64,000 bases of DNA, from positions 17,522-81,521 of the IMG/VR virus record IMGVR_UViG_3300012007_000014; one strand, 5' to 3'. This document shows positions 1-10,367 of this stretch, piece after piece (position 1 is the stretch's first letter; the number at the start of each line of letters is the position of its first letter). A program made the position numbers and the translations under genes. The notes beneath the pieces were generated by a model. That model did no database searches. It was not told the DNA's origin and saw only the letters and a program-made list of their open reading frames with translations. Source of the stretch: a virus (Duplodnaviria; Caudoviricetes).

Positions 1-9
1 ATTCCTCCA

Positions 10-603
10 TTAAATGTTTGAAATATCAATTGGTGCGGGAAGATCAAGCTGATACTTTCCACGATCTGCTCCACTAAAGATTGGATGATACCCAATCTCA
101 TTTGCATTTACCCAGCCATACTTATAGTCCGTAAATGCGATGGGGACTTTTGGTGTTAAAGAAGAATATAAATCAGAAACCTTTGCTACGTGATAGGTTC
201 TGATGAGGTTCTGCAAGAAACCAACTAATTTCTTAGCATCTTCTTCTCTATCCACAACAACGACTCTTACCTCAGAAGACGATCTTCTTGCAATGTTGTC
301 TCTACTGGATACCTGAGACGATGATGGTGTTGTATAATACGTTGTGTAAGATGTATGAGAAGATGAACTTCCTCTATAAGCTCTTCCATGATCTTCTTTA
401 TAGAAGAACTTATTGAGTGCTCCTTGGAAGGCATCATTTGCACCACTCCCAAGCTTTGCAAGGAGGTCGTGCATCACATCCGTTGCTTGAGGGATAATGT
501 ATTCGTCCATTACATATCTCCCAATGTCTCCCATCACGGAAGTCTTTTTGGTTGTTGCACTGACTTCCAATTTCTGAATATCATTGTTCTCATTCTCTGC
601 CAT
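10..603 (-). CDS. Phage hypothetical protein
   Basis: 197-aa ORF with GGAGG RBS; no recognisable catalytic motif. Confidence 0.7.
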   Translation of the reverse strand: MAENENNDIQKLEVSATTKKTSVMGDIGRYVMDEYIIPQATDVMHDLLAKLGSGANDAFQGALNKFFYKEDHGRAYRGSSSSHTSYTTYYTTPSSSQVSSRDNIARRSSSEVRVVVVDREEDAKKLVGFLQNLIRTYHVAKVSDLYSSLTPKVPIAFTDYKYGWVNANEIGYHPIFSGADRGKYQLDLPAPIDISNI

Positions 604-667
604 AGTAACCTCCTAAAAAGAAAAAGAGAAGAGCTGTGTAAATTACACAACTCCTCTCTCACGAGAA

Positions 668-994
668 TTATAACTCTTCTTCAGTTTCCTGCTCGTTTAC
701 AGTCTCATCCGAATCAGAGTCGTCATTTGCCTCCAAAAGACCATTATTGTTGTCCTCCGAAATTGCAGGAGGAGTCTGCTTGTTGCTGTTCATCTTGGAA
801 ACGCCAAACAAGACCGCACCAAGAGCTGCAGCTGCACCGCCAATTGCGATGGCTACCTTTCTCTTTGTGGCCTTGGACTTTTCCTTTGCTGCTTCATCAA
901 CAGTCATCTCCTTCGGCTCCTTCTTCGGTCCAAACAGATGGACCTCTAAAGGCATATCCTGACCATTCTGATCCTTCACTCCGTAAATCCACAT
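668..994 (-). CDS. Hypothetical protein, one TM helix and acidic tail
   Basis: VAIAIGGAAAALGAVLFGV segment; GAGG RBS. Confidence 0.65.
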   Translation of the reverse strand: MWIYGVKDQNGQDMPLEVHLFGPKKEPKEMTVDEAAKEKSKATKRKVAIAIGGAAAALGAVLFGVSKMNSNKQTPPAISEDNNNGLLEANDDSDSDETVNEQETEEEL

Positions 995-1061
995 AACTTA
1001 CCTCCTAAAGAATATAATTAGAGCACTATTGCTCTTCATATAAAGAGTTGATTTTTTTGCG

Positions 1062-1655
1062 TTATTTATTGCTAATGACGGGTGCAATTGTGATTGGAGA
1101 CGGTGACGAGGTATTAGTATTTCCTTTTGGAAGATCGTCAATCTTATCGGAAAGCCTTGAAATCTTTCTCTTAAGATAATCCACATCATCTTCACTTGCC
1201 TTATCATCAATCTTATCAGAGAGTCTATCAATCTTTCGATCAACTTCGTCCTGATAAGACGTCGCCCATTTATTGAAAAGATCCTTGCTATCGCTCTTTA
1301 CATAACTGATAGCATCTTTTCTTACTTCAGACAAAATATCATTCTTAAAGCTAGTTACAGAAGACTTCATGTCTGCTTCCGCTTTCTTTGCATCCGCTTC
1401 TTTTAGTCTAACTTCAAGCTTCTTATTCTCAATTGCTACTTTATCTTCAGAGGATAGTGTGGACCAATACTCTTCTTTATCCTTGAGTTCCCTCTCTTTT
1501 AACTCTTTTTCTTCTTTTGCTTTTCTTTCTTTGAGTTCCATCTCCTGAAGTCTTTTCTTATGGGCATCTATCTCTTCAATGATTGTAATGGTAGCAAAAG
1601 GAATCGCTACTACTCCTACTGCAAAAATGGTTCCAATAACATGATACTTATTCAT
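1062..1655 (-). CDS. Membrane-anchored coiled-coil protein
   Basis: N-terminal TM then K/E-rich coiled coil; start placed at MNKYH behind GGAGG. Confidence 0.7.
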   Translation of the reverse strand: MNKYHVIGTIFAVGVVAIPFATITIIEEIDAHKKRLQEMELKERKAKEEKELKERELKDKEEYWSTLSSEDKVAIENKKLEVRLKEADAKKAEADMKSSVTSFKNDILSEVRKDAISYVKSDSKDLFNKWATSYQDEVDRKIDRLSDKIDDKASEDDVDYLKRKISRLSDKIDDLPKGNTNTSSPSPITIAPVISNK

Positions 1656-1683
1656 ATTAAACCTCCTAAAATATAATTGCAAA

Positions 1684-2589
1684 TTACCATCTTGCCATTG
1701 TTCTAAAAAGTGGAGAAGCGTTTAAGCTAAGTACCCAAATAAGAGAATCAGGATTAGACGGATCTTCGGTACCGTGAATATCAACACTAATGAAGTTCTC
1801 GTCTATGTCACCATACTTCATCTTCTGTGCATCACTCCATCCGAACATGTCACCACGTTGACGGAGAACCAAATTGTCGTCAATGAGTCTATAAATATCA
1901 TTGACAGTTGCATATGCACTGCCATTTTCATCAAACTGATTCCACTCTTCCTTAGTAAACTTAATTGACAAAGAACTAACTTTCTCCCTAATTGATGAGG
2001 GAGAGAGCGTTGACCAAAAATACCGTCCACCAAAGGTATCATAGTAATGGTAGACCTCATTCGCTGTTGCAGGAGTTGTATCGATCATGGAGTTATCCTT
2101 CTTCTCAGGATTCTCCTTGATAATCTCTTTTGCAATTCCCTCTTTGATCTCATCTGTCTTCTTTGTGCCAAGCTTTTTCTCTGCTTCCTTCTGGAATGCC
2201 TGATATGTCACAATAGCATTATTTGCAGCTACCATTGCATCAGAGAGTTTCTTTATCTCTGCATCCTTAGAATCCATTGCTTTCTTAGATTTCACAGCAA
2301 CAACAATCTGAGCTGTTGTAAGAAGAATAATGGGAAGAACAAGAGGAGTAAGAGTTTTAAGCGTCTCTTTGTAGATGTTATTTACCTCATCTTTAGAATG
2401 AGACTGTGCAATAAAAGTTTTGGCATCTGTTACTGTAGACTTGATCTTATCGGCATTCCGAAAGATGACTGCTGCCTCTGCAAGTGATAGTCCAACCTGA
2501 GCCGCAGGAAGGATTACGTTCTCATGTGTTAAGTAATACCTTGAGATAGGTGCAAGTGCATTGTTTACGGGTTTCAAAAAGTTTTTCAT
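1684..2589 (-). CDS. DUF6353-like phage protein (paralog 1)
   Basis: Same layout as 4592-5299 and 6450-7238 (hydrophobic hairpin, coiled coil, aromatic C-terminal domain); family name from memory. Confidence 0.55.
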   Translation of the reverse strand: MKNFLKPVNNALAPISRYYLTHENVILPAAQVGLSLAEAAVIFRNADKIKSTVTDAKTFIAQSHSKDEVNNIYKETLKTLTPLVLPIILLTTAQIVVAVKSKKAMDSKDAEIKKLSDAMVAANNAIVTYQAFQKEAEKKLGTKKTDEIKEGIAKEIIKENPEKKDNSMIDTTPATANEVYHYYDTFGGRYFWSTLSPSSIREKVSSLSIKFTKEEWNQFDENGSAYATVNDIYRLIDDNLVLRQRGDMFGWSDAQKMKYGDIDENFISVDIHGTEDPSNPDSLIWVLSLNASPLFRTMARW

Positions 2590-2880
2590 TTAGACCTCCT
2601 AAAAGAAAAATATAAATACAAGAGCCTAGAATATTTAGACTCTTGCTGTTACACAAATATGCAATTACTTCTTTTTACATACAGTGTACATCAAACCAAT
2701 TCCAATAGCCGTGAGTGGTGCAATCCACCAATATTTCATGACCTTCTTCGAATGTTTTGTGTAAACCACTACTTTCATTTTTACCTCCTTTAATAAAAGC
2801 ACATTTATTCCTTCATTAAGGAGTTTGATTTTTGTGCGAAAAATATAAAGGAAGAGATTTGTTTGAATCAAATAAATCAG

Positions 2881-3087
2881 TTATCTTCTTAATTTCTTAA
2901 ACGATTTCCGACCATCTCTAATAGCAAGTATTGCATCATATGCTAACAACTCAAATATCCAAAGAATTGGCATCAAACCAATTGCGGATAACATTATGCC
3001 AAATGATACAACAATTTTAATCATTACAACACTAGAAACTATTAAATCGATAATACTCAAAACAAAATATAATACTGTCTTTTTCAT
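2881..3087 (-). CDS. Small membrane protein
   Basis: 68 aa, two hydrophobic segments, GGAG RBS, upstream promoter motif. Confidence 0.6.
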   Translation of the reverse strand: MKKTVLYFVLSIIDLIVSSVVMIKIVVSFGIMLSAIGLMPILWIFELLAYDAILAIRDGRKSFKKLRR

Positions 3088-3147
3088 ATTAATCTCCTAT
3101 CCTCTCTTCCTTCATTTAATGACATGATTATTTGACGATGAAATTTC

Positions 3148-3399
3148 TTAAGATTTCCTTAACTTGCAAATAATCTCATACCCTCTACTAATGAGTGTAA
3201 CTGGCCAAATGAAAATTGGTAAAATGATACTTATAATACATAATCCTTCTGTTACTATAAAACGAGCGAACTCGTCTTTGCACATATTTTCCTGCATGTC
3301 ACCAATCCAATTAGCAGTCTCCTCATCGTTAAGTATCAAATAAATAAGATTCATTGCAGCTACAATAATTCCAATCTTAAAATACATTTCCATAATCAT
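3148..3399 (-). CDS. Small membrane protein with WPV motif
   Basis: Two TM segments; IWPV resembles LWPV/FWPV in 18278-18508 and 17804-17992. Confidence 0.55.
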   Translation of the reverse strand: MIMEMYFKIGIIVAAMNLIYLILNDEETANWIGDMQENMCKDEFARFIVTEGLCIISIILPIFIWPVTLISRGYEIICKLRKS

Positions 3400-3453
3400 T
3401 CTCCCAAAAAGAATAAGGCTCTGAACAAATATCAGTCCAAAGCCCTAATCTTT

Positions 3454-3663
3454 TTACTTCTTTTTCTCTCTGCTTGCACAAATTCCTACAATTATACCCG
3501 GAATTGAAATGACAAGCAGGATCAAGACAATTGCAATCATGACACCAGGAGCTGCAAGAAATGCCCCAAAAAATCCAAATAATACCAATAACAGTATTAT
3601 TGCGATCGGTATTCCTACAATTACTCCAAGCATGATTAGCAATCCTTTACCTAGTTTTTTCAT
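3454..3663 (-). CDS. Small membrane protein
   Basis: Two long hydrophobic helices; start MKKLGK behind GGAGG. Confidence 0.6.
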   Translation of the reverse strand: MKKLGKGLLIMLGVIVGIPIAIILLLVLFGFFGAFLAAPGVMIAIVLILLVISIPGIIVGICASREKKK

Positions 3664-3953
3664 TTCATACCTCCTATAAAATTGTTTATTGTCCAACGCT
3701 TCATTAGGAGGCATGAATATTTAGCGTTTTTCAAAGAATACTGGAGTATCAGTTGCTTCATTTACAGGAATATCAAGACAATCAGGGCATGGAGAGTCAT
3801 AGTTATCTTCTTTTCCTCCCTGCCAATACTTGCATTCCTTACATTTTGAGAAATCTACAATTCTATTGTGTTCATTTATCATAGTTATCTCCAAAAAGAA
3901 AAAGGAGATCTTAGATCTTTCAACCTAAAATCTCCTTCGGTGCTAGTTAATCT

Positions 3954-4316
3954 TTATTTAGTTTTTGTACTATAATAATTTCTATAGTCACTCTGAATTC
4001 GCCAAACATCTCCATTCTTTAATTTCATCTCCTCATCAGAGACATAGGCCATCTTGGCCGTTTCATAAGTCATAGCAATGCCAATACCAGACATTACAAG
4101 ACCACCAATACCAGTGATTGCCTGGATTACATCTTTTGGTTCAATACGATGCTCCAGACTCTTCTTCTGGTTCTCGATGGTCTGCAAGTTCTGCATTGCA
4201 GCACACCATTCCTCTGAACCAACCTCCAATGAGCCTATCTTCTCCTTTAATTTTTCGATCTGCTCATTATAGAAATGTTTGTTTGGCTTTGGTCCAAATG
4301 GACTAATGTAAATCAT
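3954..4316 (-). CDS. Hypothetical protein (coiled coil plus TM)
   Basis: ORF behind promoter motif and GAGGTG RBS, followed by hairpin 3903-3937. Confidence 0.6.
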   Translation of the reverse strand: MIYISPFGPKPNKHFYNEQIEKLKEKIGSLEVGSEEWCAAMQNLQTIENQKKSLEHRIEPKDVIQAITGIGGLVMSGIGIAMTYETAKMAYVSDEEMKLKNGDVWRIQSDYRNYYSTKTK

Positions 4317-4591
4317 ACTACACCTCCTTAAAGTGTTAACATTAGCTACCATTAGAGTGTATGAAAAAATGGCAGATTAATAGTCTGGAGCATAGTACGT
4401 CATCTCAAGTTTTCTAATCTCTTTGTTTAATGAAAGACTCCCCTTAATTCCCTCTTTCTTATTCACTTCATCTTTAATTTCTTTCTCTTTATCTTGATAC
4501 TCTCTTGCAGAGATCTCTCCACTATAAAGAGAATCTTTAAGATTTTTAAGTTCCTTTACCTTACTCTTTACTAAACTACTTGCCTGCTCCA

Positions 4592-5299
4592 TTATTCCTC
4601 TCCATATACGCGATCCCATTCATGCATAGGAAGTGCTTCATCATTGAAATAGACAAAGTGACAAACAATTTCTTTTCCTTTAAATAGAATGACTCTTTCA
4701 AAATTATTGAATGTTATGCATTGAAGACCATTGTCATAATCATTCCAATCAAATCTCCATCCATAATGTTCTGCTATCTCAAATAGTTCTGGAAAATCTT
4801 TTTCACTAAAGTTTAAAAGTCGAAAGAAATCAGAAAGATACACAATCCCCTGATTGTGAAAGCATTCATTCAAATCAAGTTCTGCTCTCATAACTTCAGA
4901 GATGTCCTTCCAAAATATAATTCCATAGTCTGGAAGGTAAATAAGTTCATTCACCCCATCCGGAGGATCTAGTGCATTCTGATTCACTGCATCGGCGGCA
5001 TTCATTAACTCCTCTAGATTTACATCCAAAATATCATTCTCATTCCTTCTCTTTTTCAGCAACCCCTCCGTCAAAATTGCAGAACTAGCAGCAAGAATAG
5101 AAGCCTTTTCTTTACTGGAGAGTCTATTGCTTAATAGGATAGAAACAATGGAAGAAGCACTCATGACAACTGGCAAGATGAAATGCGTCTTCTTATGATC
5201 CTCTAAATATAATCTATCAGCTCTTACAAAGAGAATGTTAGAAGTAACGTGAGCCCCTATTGCAATACCAGTTACAATCTCAGGCAAGTATTTCTTCAT
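4592..5299 (-). CDS. DUF6353-like phage protein (paralog 2)
   Basis: KYLPEIVTGI...SILLSNRLSSKEKASILA matches 6450-7238. Confidence 0.6.
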   Translation of the reverse strand: MKKYLPEIVTGIAIGAHVTSNILFVRADRLYLEDHKKTHFILPVVMSASSIVSILLSNRLSSKEKASILAASSAILTEGLLKKRRNENDILDVNLEELMNAADAVNQNALDPPDGVNELIYLPDYGIIFWKDISEVMRAELDLNECFHNQGIVYLSDFFRLLNFSEKDFPELFEIAEHYGWRFDWNDYDNGLQCITFNNFERVILFKGKEIVCHFVYFNDEALPMHEWDRVYGEE

Positions 5300-5586
5300 T
5301 TCTTTTCTCCAAGTCTTTTTGCAATCTCGCCTTGAATGATTTGGTCATAGGTGTAAGAGATAAGTTCTTCTGGCTTTTTCCGTAAAGTCTCTGGAAGGTT
5401 TTTGTCCCAATCAAAATTTACTTCCCACCAGTCTCCATACTTATCTAATATAAAAGAAATTGGTTTATTAGGTTTTACTTGTTCGTGATAAAGCTTTGAA
5501 TGAAAAAAGTTTGAAGTGTAGTGACAGTTTGGTGCACATGGTTTCTTGCATTGTCCGCCTCCTGCACAAATATACATCATCTTCAT
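5296..5586 (-). CDS. Cys-rich hypothetical protein
   Basis: C-x4-C-x3-C-x3-C-H N-terminus, possible metal binding. Confidence 0.55.
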   Translation of the reverse strand: MKMMYICAGGGQCKKPCAPNCHYTSNFFHSKLYHEQVKPNKPISFILDKYGDWWEVNFDWDKNLPETLRKKPEELISYTYDQIIQGEIAKRLGEKK

Positions 5587-6121
5587 TGTTCGTTCCTTTT
5601 TAAAGTGAAAATATAAAGGAAGAGATTTTTAAATCAAATTCCAATAACTAATCTCTTCCTAAAAGTTTATTTCTTTATTAGTGCTGAGTTAATGCTTTAC
5701 TTATTCTAATTCCTATGTCAAACATTAATCCAAATACTCCAGCTAACATGTTAATAATCGCAAATATCTGTAGCGGTGACATGTTAGTTGTAATCATTAG
5801 TGATACTTTGACTATCAAACAAATAGCTGCAGCAAACTCAGCTAACGTAAAAAGAATCTTTAAAACTTTCATAAAAACCTCCTTATTGTAAAAAACGATC
5901 TCTTCCTTTACACTAGGAGGTATGATTTTTTAACAGTTCATCTACCAGAGAATTTCTTTCTATCTCCTTCTTGAACTAACTTGTCAAACATATTATTAAA
6001 CTCATTAACACCAGGTTCTCCATAATTTGTAAGAACCTGACTACGAATATCATCTTCTATCTTTGAATAATCTTTTCCCTCTATTTTTCCGAAAAAATAT
6101 TCCTCATGATAAAAATATAAC

Positions 6122-6436
6122 TTATTTGCTAATGCTTTCAGACTCTGTGTTTCCATTCTGATTATTCACCTCCCTTACAGTCCAACCATAATCCTTAGAA
6201 AGCTGATTCAGTTCTCTAATAATGTCAGAAGGATTTGCATGACCTTTTCGGAAGACAACCTTCACAAGTCCTTCTGTAGGATTGAGAATTCTTGTGTATA
6301 CCCCATTACAACCTCGAAGTCTTAAGTACTCAAAAAGAATCTTGCAATTGGTCATCTCATACTCAATCTTGTCACACAGAAGTGCATTATCATCATACTT
6401 CATAGTGATATACATAGAATAAAACTTATCTCTCAT
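6122..6436 (-). CDS. Hypothetical protein
   Basis: ORF with AGGAG RBS, start MRDKF. Confidence 0.55.
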   Translation of the reverse strand: MRDKFYSMYITMKYDDNALLCDKIEYEMTNCKILFEYLRLRGCNGVYTRILNPTEGLVKVVFRKGHANPSDIIRELNQLSKDYGWTVREVNNQNGNTESESISK

Positions 6437-6449
6437 TTTTAATTCTCCT

Positions 6450-7238
6450 TTAAAATGGTAAACTCTTTTCATTCTTATCTTTTTCAGAAACTTTATTGAT
6501 CCAGTCGTAATACATTCCCCATTCCTCATAGTAGAGTGGGTCGGTATCGAAATTCACATAAGTTACAGGAAATCCATGCACTTCTCTCTTATACATTTGA
6601 ATCTCCATTCCGTAAATATACATCCATCCAAGCTGATCAAGATCGTCATAGTGATGATCATTTGGATCAATGAATGAGAAGAAGTCTGCAAACGAGGCAA
6701 AGTCATTTACAGAAAGTTCCTCATTTAGTGCTTGAACCGCTCCGCAAAGCGCCTCATCCGTTGCAAATATCATTTTTCTAACTTGTGGGAAGAAGTAGAT
6801 ATTTACATCGTTCAATCTATTTTCATTTAATTGATCCGATTTCACTGCATCATCAATCATTCCATCAAGATCTCTTTGTGTGAGCTTTTCCTGAATGTCT
6901 TGTATTTCTTTTGGATCTACATGTTTTTCAAGCTCTTTGGAATATGTTTTTCTCTGCAGACTAGAGGCAACAATTGCAGCATTCATTGCAAGGAGTTTTG
7001 CCTTCTCTTTTTGCTGTAATCTATTAGAGAATATAATCGCAGTGACACTTGCAGAAGAGAGAATAACAGGAGCTGCATATGCTTTGATATAGTCCTTCTT
7101 TGTCGGATTAGGATTCTTTTCATAAAGTTTCTTACTGTTGTAAATATAAAAGAAACTTGCAAGTGCCTCAGACCCTACTCCAATTCCTGTTAGTATTTCA
7201 GGTAAATGATCTTTGATTGGTTTCAAATTTACTTTCAT
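6450..7238 (-). CDS. DUF6353-like phage protein (paralog 3)
   Basis: DHLPEILTGIG...AIIFSNRLQQKEKAKLLA; start MKVNL behind GGAGG. Confidence 0.6.
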   Translation of the reverse strand: MKVNLKPIKDHLPEILTGIGVGSEALASFFYIYNSKKLYEKNPNPTKKDYIKAYAAPVILSSASVTAIIFSNRLQQKEKAKLLAMNAAIVASSLQRKTYSKELEKHVDPKEIQDIQEKLTQRDLDGMIDDAVKSDQLNENRLNDVNIYFFPQVRKMIFATDEALCGAVQALNEELSVNDFASFADFFSFIDPNDHHYDDLDQLGWMYIYGMEIQMYKREVHGFPVTYVNFDTDPLYYEEWGMYYDWINKVSEKDKNEKSLPF

Positions 7239-7641
7239 AGATACCTCCAAAAATATAAAAAGTAAGAACCATGACTTTTCACAGTTCTTACTCTGTTTAC
7301 ACAATAGTTATTCATCTAGCCAATAGCTATTGTTCCATTCTCGCCATTCTTTAAACTCTTTTACCTCTTTATGTAACTTCTCAACACGATTCACAATCAC
7401 ATTGAGTAGTGCATAGGCTCCAAGTCCTAAAGCTGGTAAGAAACATACTATTAACAAATAAATATCCATTTTTCTTCACCTCCATTAAAGAGGATGAACT
7501 TTTTGCGATTTTGTTTTATAGTACTTTTTGTAGGAATCTATCTCTTCTCTAGTCTGTTTGTCAGATGTAAAGAAGACGGGACCCTTTGAATGATCATTTA
7601 CAATCTTTGCCCAATACATGATCTCATACCACTCCGTAAGT

Positions 7642-7968
7642 TCATTCATGAGAGACTTCACCTCCACAAGCAGCATACCCTGCAATGTCAATCCAATTGT
7701 CAGCTTTGTCTTTGTTCTCCTCTCGTGCAACCTTGAAAAGAATCATCATGATTGCAACGTCTTGAGGGCTAATCGGCTTATCAATGTAAAGAGACCAATA
7801 GTCTGCAATGCGTTTGAATGACTCTTCAGGAGATCCATACTGCATATCTCTATCCCCGCAAACACACTGCCTTGCTTTCTCAAGAATGTCCTCTCTTGTT
7901 ACTGCACTCTTATTGTTGCTAACAACTTTTGTAAAATTAATCTTTGCTAAATCTTCCATAAATATCAA
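7642..7968 (-). CDS. DUF6378-like phage protein
   Basis: GDRDMQYGSPEESF..IADYWS...DVAIMMILFKVARE...DNWIDIAGYAAC. Confidence 0.7.
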   Translation of the reverse strand: MIFMEDLAKINFTKVVSNNKSAVTREDILEKARQCVCGDRDMQYGSPEESFKRIADYWSLYIDKPISPQDVAIMMILFKVAREENKDKADNWIDIAGYAACGGEVSHE

Positions 7969-8390
7969 TCTCCTGTTGATCCAAAACCGCCTCTTGACTT
8001 TTCCTGCATTACATTGTTTACAGTTCGAATGGTTACTTCTTGTGAAGGGATAATCCGAAATTGACAGATTCTTGTATTAGCTGGAATTACGGTATCACGA
8101 GTGGCATAAACTGGCATTTTCCACTCATCATTGGGACCACAATATAAATGGTCAATGACTCCAATGCCATTTGTCTGAATGATCCCATATTTCTTGAATG
8201 TAGAAGATCTGGGCACAAGAATGCTCTCATACCCAGAAGGAACTGAGATAATAACGCCAAGAGGAATTAGTGTAGCCTCCCCCTGACGAATGGCAATAAG
8301 TTTGGAAGATCTTAAATCAATCCACTCCCCAGGATGTGCCTGAGAGATGGGATCAATGGTGTCAGTTAGATACTTTACGAAAATATCCAT
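7965..8390 (-). CDS. dut: Trimeric dUTPase
   Basis: IDLRS, PRSS, GVIDHLYCG, RICQF and terminal RGGFGSTG motifs. Confidence 0.92.
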   Translation of the reverse strand: MDIFVKYLTDTIDPISQAHPGEWIDLRSSKLIAIRQGEATLIPLGVIISVPSGYESILVPRSSTFKKYGIIQTNGIGVIDHLYCGPNDEWKMPVYATRDTVIPANTRICQFRIIPSQEVTIRTVNNVMQEKSRGGFGSTGD

Positions 8391-8727
8391 AGCTATTCTC
8401 CTCACATACAGTGACGTCAACAATTCCTTCATTTGCTGTCTCAATAATTGTGTTTGTAGAATGGTAACAACGATCCTGACTCTTATTGCAAAGAGCAGTT
8501 GCTGCCACAGATATAGCTACATACACACCAAGATTAATACCATGAGCAATCAACTTATTTTTTGGAGAAAGATTCGATCCATTAATCAGATCGATTGTGT
8601 GACAAGCAATTGCTGTGTTTGTTGCCAAGACTCCACCAAACAATGTGCCTGAGATTTCAGCATTTAGCATTTCATTGTGGAGATTCTTTTTCTCTAATTT
8701 TTCAATGGCGATCCTTGAAGTATTCAT
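8362..8727 (-). CDS. Hypothetical membrane protein
   Basis: Two hydrophobic segments; in operon. Confidence 0.5.
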   Translation of the reverse strand: MNTSRIAIEKLEKKNLHNEMLNAEISGTLFGGVLATNTAIACHTIDLINGSNLSPKNKLIAHGINLGVYVAISVAATALCNKSQDRCYHSTNTIIETANEGIVDVTVCEENSYGYFRKVSN

Positions 8728-8743
8728 AACATATCCTTTCTAT

Positions 8744-8977
8744 TCACTGTGCAAATATAGAATCAATAAGACTCTGCATCATTGCGATGAGGAGCTGCAA
8801 ACTCTCCTCCTTATTAAACCCTGCTTTACAGAAGCTAGAATATAAATGAAATGTCTCATCTGCTAAATTCTGCCTGTCAGTTTTGTTTTTCTGTGATAGC
8901 AAGAAGTTAACAAACTGCGTTCCTAAAACAGAATCAATCTTTTTCTGCTCATTTTCCTTGTTATCATTCTCACTCAT
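8744..8977 (-). CDS. Hypothetical protein
   Basis: 77-aa ORF with GGAGG RBS. Confidence 0.55.
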   Translation of the reverse strand: MSENDNKENEQKKIDSVLGTQFVNFLLSQKNKTDRQNLADETFHLYSSFCKAGFNKEESLQLLIAMMQSLIDSIFAQ

Positions 8978-9072
8978 TTTATTGTCACCTGCCTCCTTAT
9001 TTTGTTATGTGAACTAAGATCGTAATCACAAATAGTGCAAAGAAAAGTCCCAAAATATCAATGCACCTAAAA

Positions 9073-9555
9073 CTAGAAAAAATTGAAACAATGGTCTCCA
9101 TATTGATAACCTATCTCCCCGTATCTTGGGAAAAACCCTGCACAATAGAAAAAGACCCTTGGATCAATTCTTTCCTCTCCAAGAGCCTCTTGACGCACAG
9201 CCTCAAAACATTCATCAGTTACATTGTAAAATGCTTTGGTAAGTCTCGGATCTCCTTCTCTATAAAACTGACCCTGTTGATAAATGACATCCGATATGGT
9301 GTCTGGAAACCTTGGATCGTACATCCGGTTTAACACTACATCTGCAACTAGTTGCTTTCCTTTTAAGTCTTGATTCCCAGCTTCCGCCCATACAAGACAT
9401 GCAAGAAGCTCCAGGTCATTGTAATAGTATTCTTCTGAAAGTGACCCGTACTTCTCATATCCACTTGGAACAGAAACATTTGCAGCATGAACATTGAGAG
9501 GACAAAATATAAATAAGATGACACTAAACAATAATAAAAACTTTTTCACATTCAT
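9073..9555 (-). CDS. Secreted SleB/Hydrolase_2-family cell wall hydrolase
   Basis: Signal peptide MNVKKFLLLF...VHA; LLACLVWAEAGNQ, VADVVLNR, FPDTISDVIYQQGQF, GDHCF. Confidence 0.85.
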   Translation of the reverse strand: MNVKKFLLLFSVILFIFCPLNVHAANVSVPSGYEKYGSLSEEYYYNDLELLACLVWAEAGNQDLKGKQLVADVVLNRMYDPRFPDTISDVIYQQGQFYREGDPRLTKAFYNVTDECFEAVRQEALGEERIDPRVFFYCAGFFPRYGEIGYQYGDHCFNFF

Positions 9556-9572
9556 TCCCCTTTCATAAAAGA

Positions 9573-9607
9573 AAAGAGTCTTAGAACAATTTGCTCCAAG
9601 ACTCTTT
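9573..9607 (-). terminator. Intrinsic terminator, shared hairpin family
   Basis: AAAGAGTCTTGGAGCAAATTGTTCTAAGACTCTTT then T-tract; near-identical to 19747-19781 and 20037-20070. Confidence 0.75.
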
Positions 9608-9611
9608 ATGA

Positions 9612-9800
9612 CTATTTGTTGACGATTAACTCCAGTATCTCCCATATGACAGTCGCAGATGTCCATCCTATCAAGATTCCACCAAACAGTGATTTATATG
9701 GATTGCCAAGCTTCAGTAACGCACAGGATACTACTACAGACAATATTAAACCAATAATATTAATCAAAACCATGATAAATATAAAATCTCGTTCTTTCAT
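9612..9800 (-). CDS. Small membrane protein
   Basis: Two TM helices; terminator follows. Confidence 0.55.
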   Translation of the reverse strand: MKERDFIFIMVLINIIGLILSVVVSCALLKLGNPYKSLFGGILIGWTSATVIWEILELIVNK

Positions 9801-9817
9801 ATTATTCTTATCCTTTT

Positions 9818-10102
9818 TTAGAACACCAAATAAACTAGTAACACAATGTAATGGATTAACTGATCCGCCGCATAATTAATTTCGTGGTATCTAGCCTTTA
9901 AAGTATCTGATAGTACATGTGTAACAAATATAAATAAAAGCTTCCAGTCTAATCCGAAGAAAATATAGAATGGAAAGCAGTATAGGAAGCAATGTACAAT
10001 CATATGATACCAATTGGTTCCTTTTGTCTTTGCTAGAAAATCATTTTGAAACACATAGTCTCCTAGCAAATGACAAAATATCAATGTGATTATTGTATTC
10101 AT
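9818..10102 (-). CDS. DUF3307-like membrane protein
   Basis: HLLGDYVFQ, H..LY, TH..SD, DQLIH motifs. Confidence 0.8.
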   Translation of the reverse strand: MNTIITLIFCHLLGDYVFQNDFLAKTKGTNWYHMIVHCFLYCFPFYIFFGLDWKLLFIFVTHVLSDTLKARYHEINYAADQLIHYIVLLVYLVF

Positions 10103-10367
10103 TCTTTTTCTTTCTCTTTACCCTCATCATTTTGGATCAACTTTTGGAGAAGTGCATTTTGAATACGAAACTGATCTGAAATATCAGATAAACTCCTTGC
10201 AATTTTCTTCAGGGTATTAAGCCTTTCTATCTCTTGATTTGTCATCATTCTCTTTCTTATCCTCTTTATAAGCATTTAAGAGTTTCTTTAAAGTCTCTAC
10301 TTCTTCTTTCGATAAACTATCTACAAATTCCTTTGTTGTCATGACTTAGAATCCTCCAAAAACTCTT

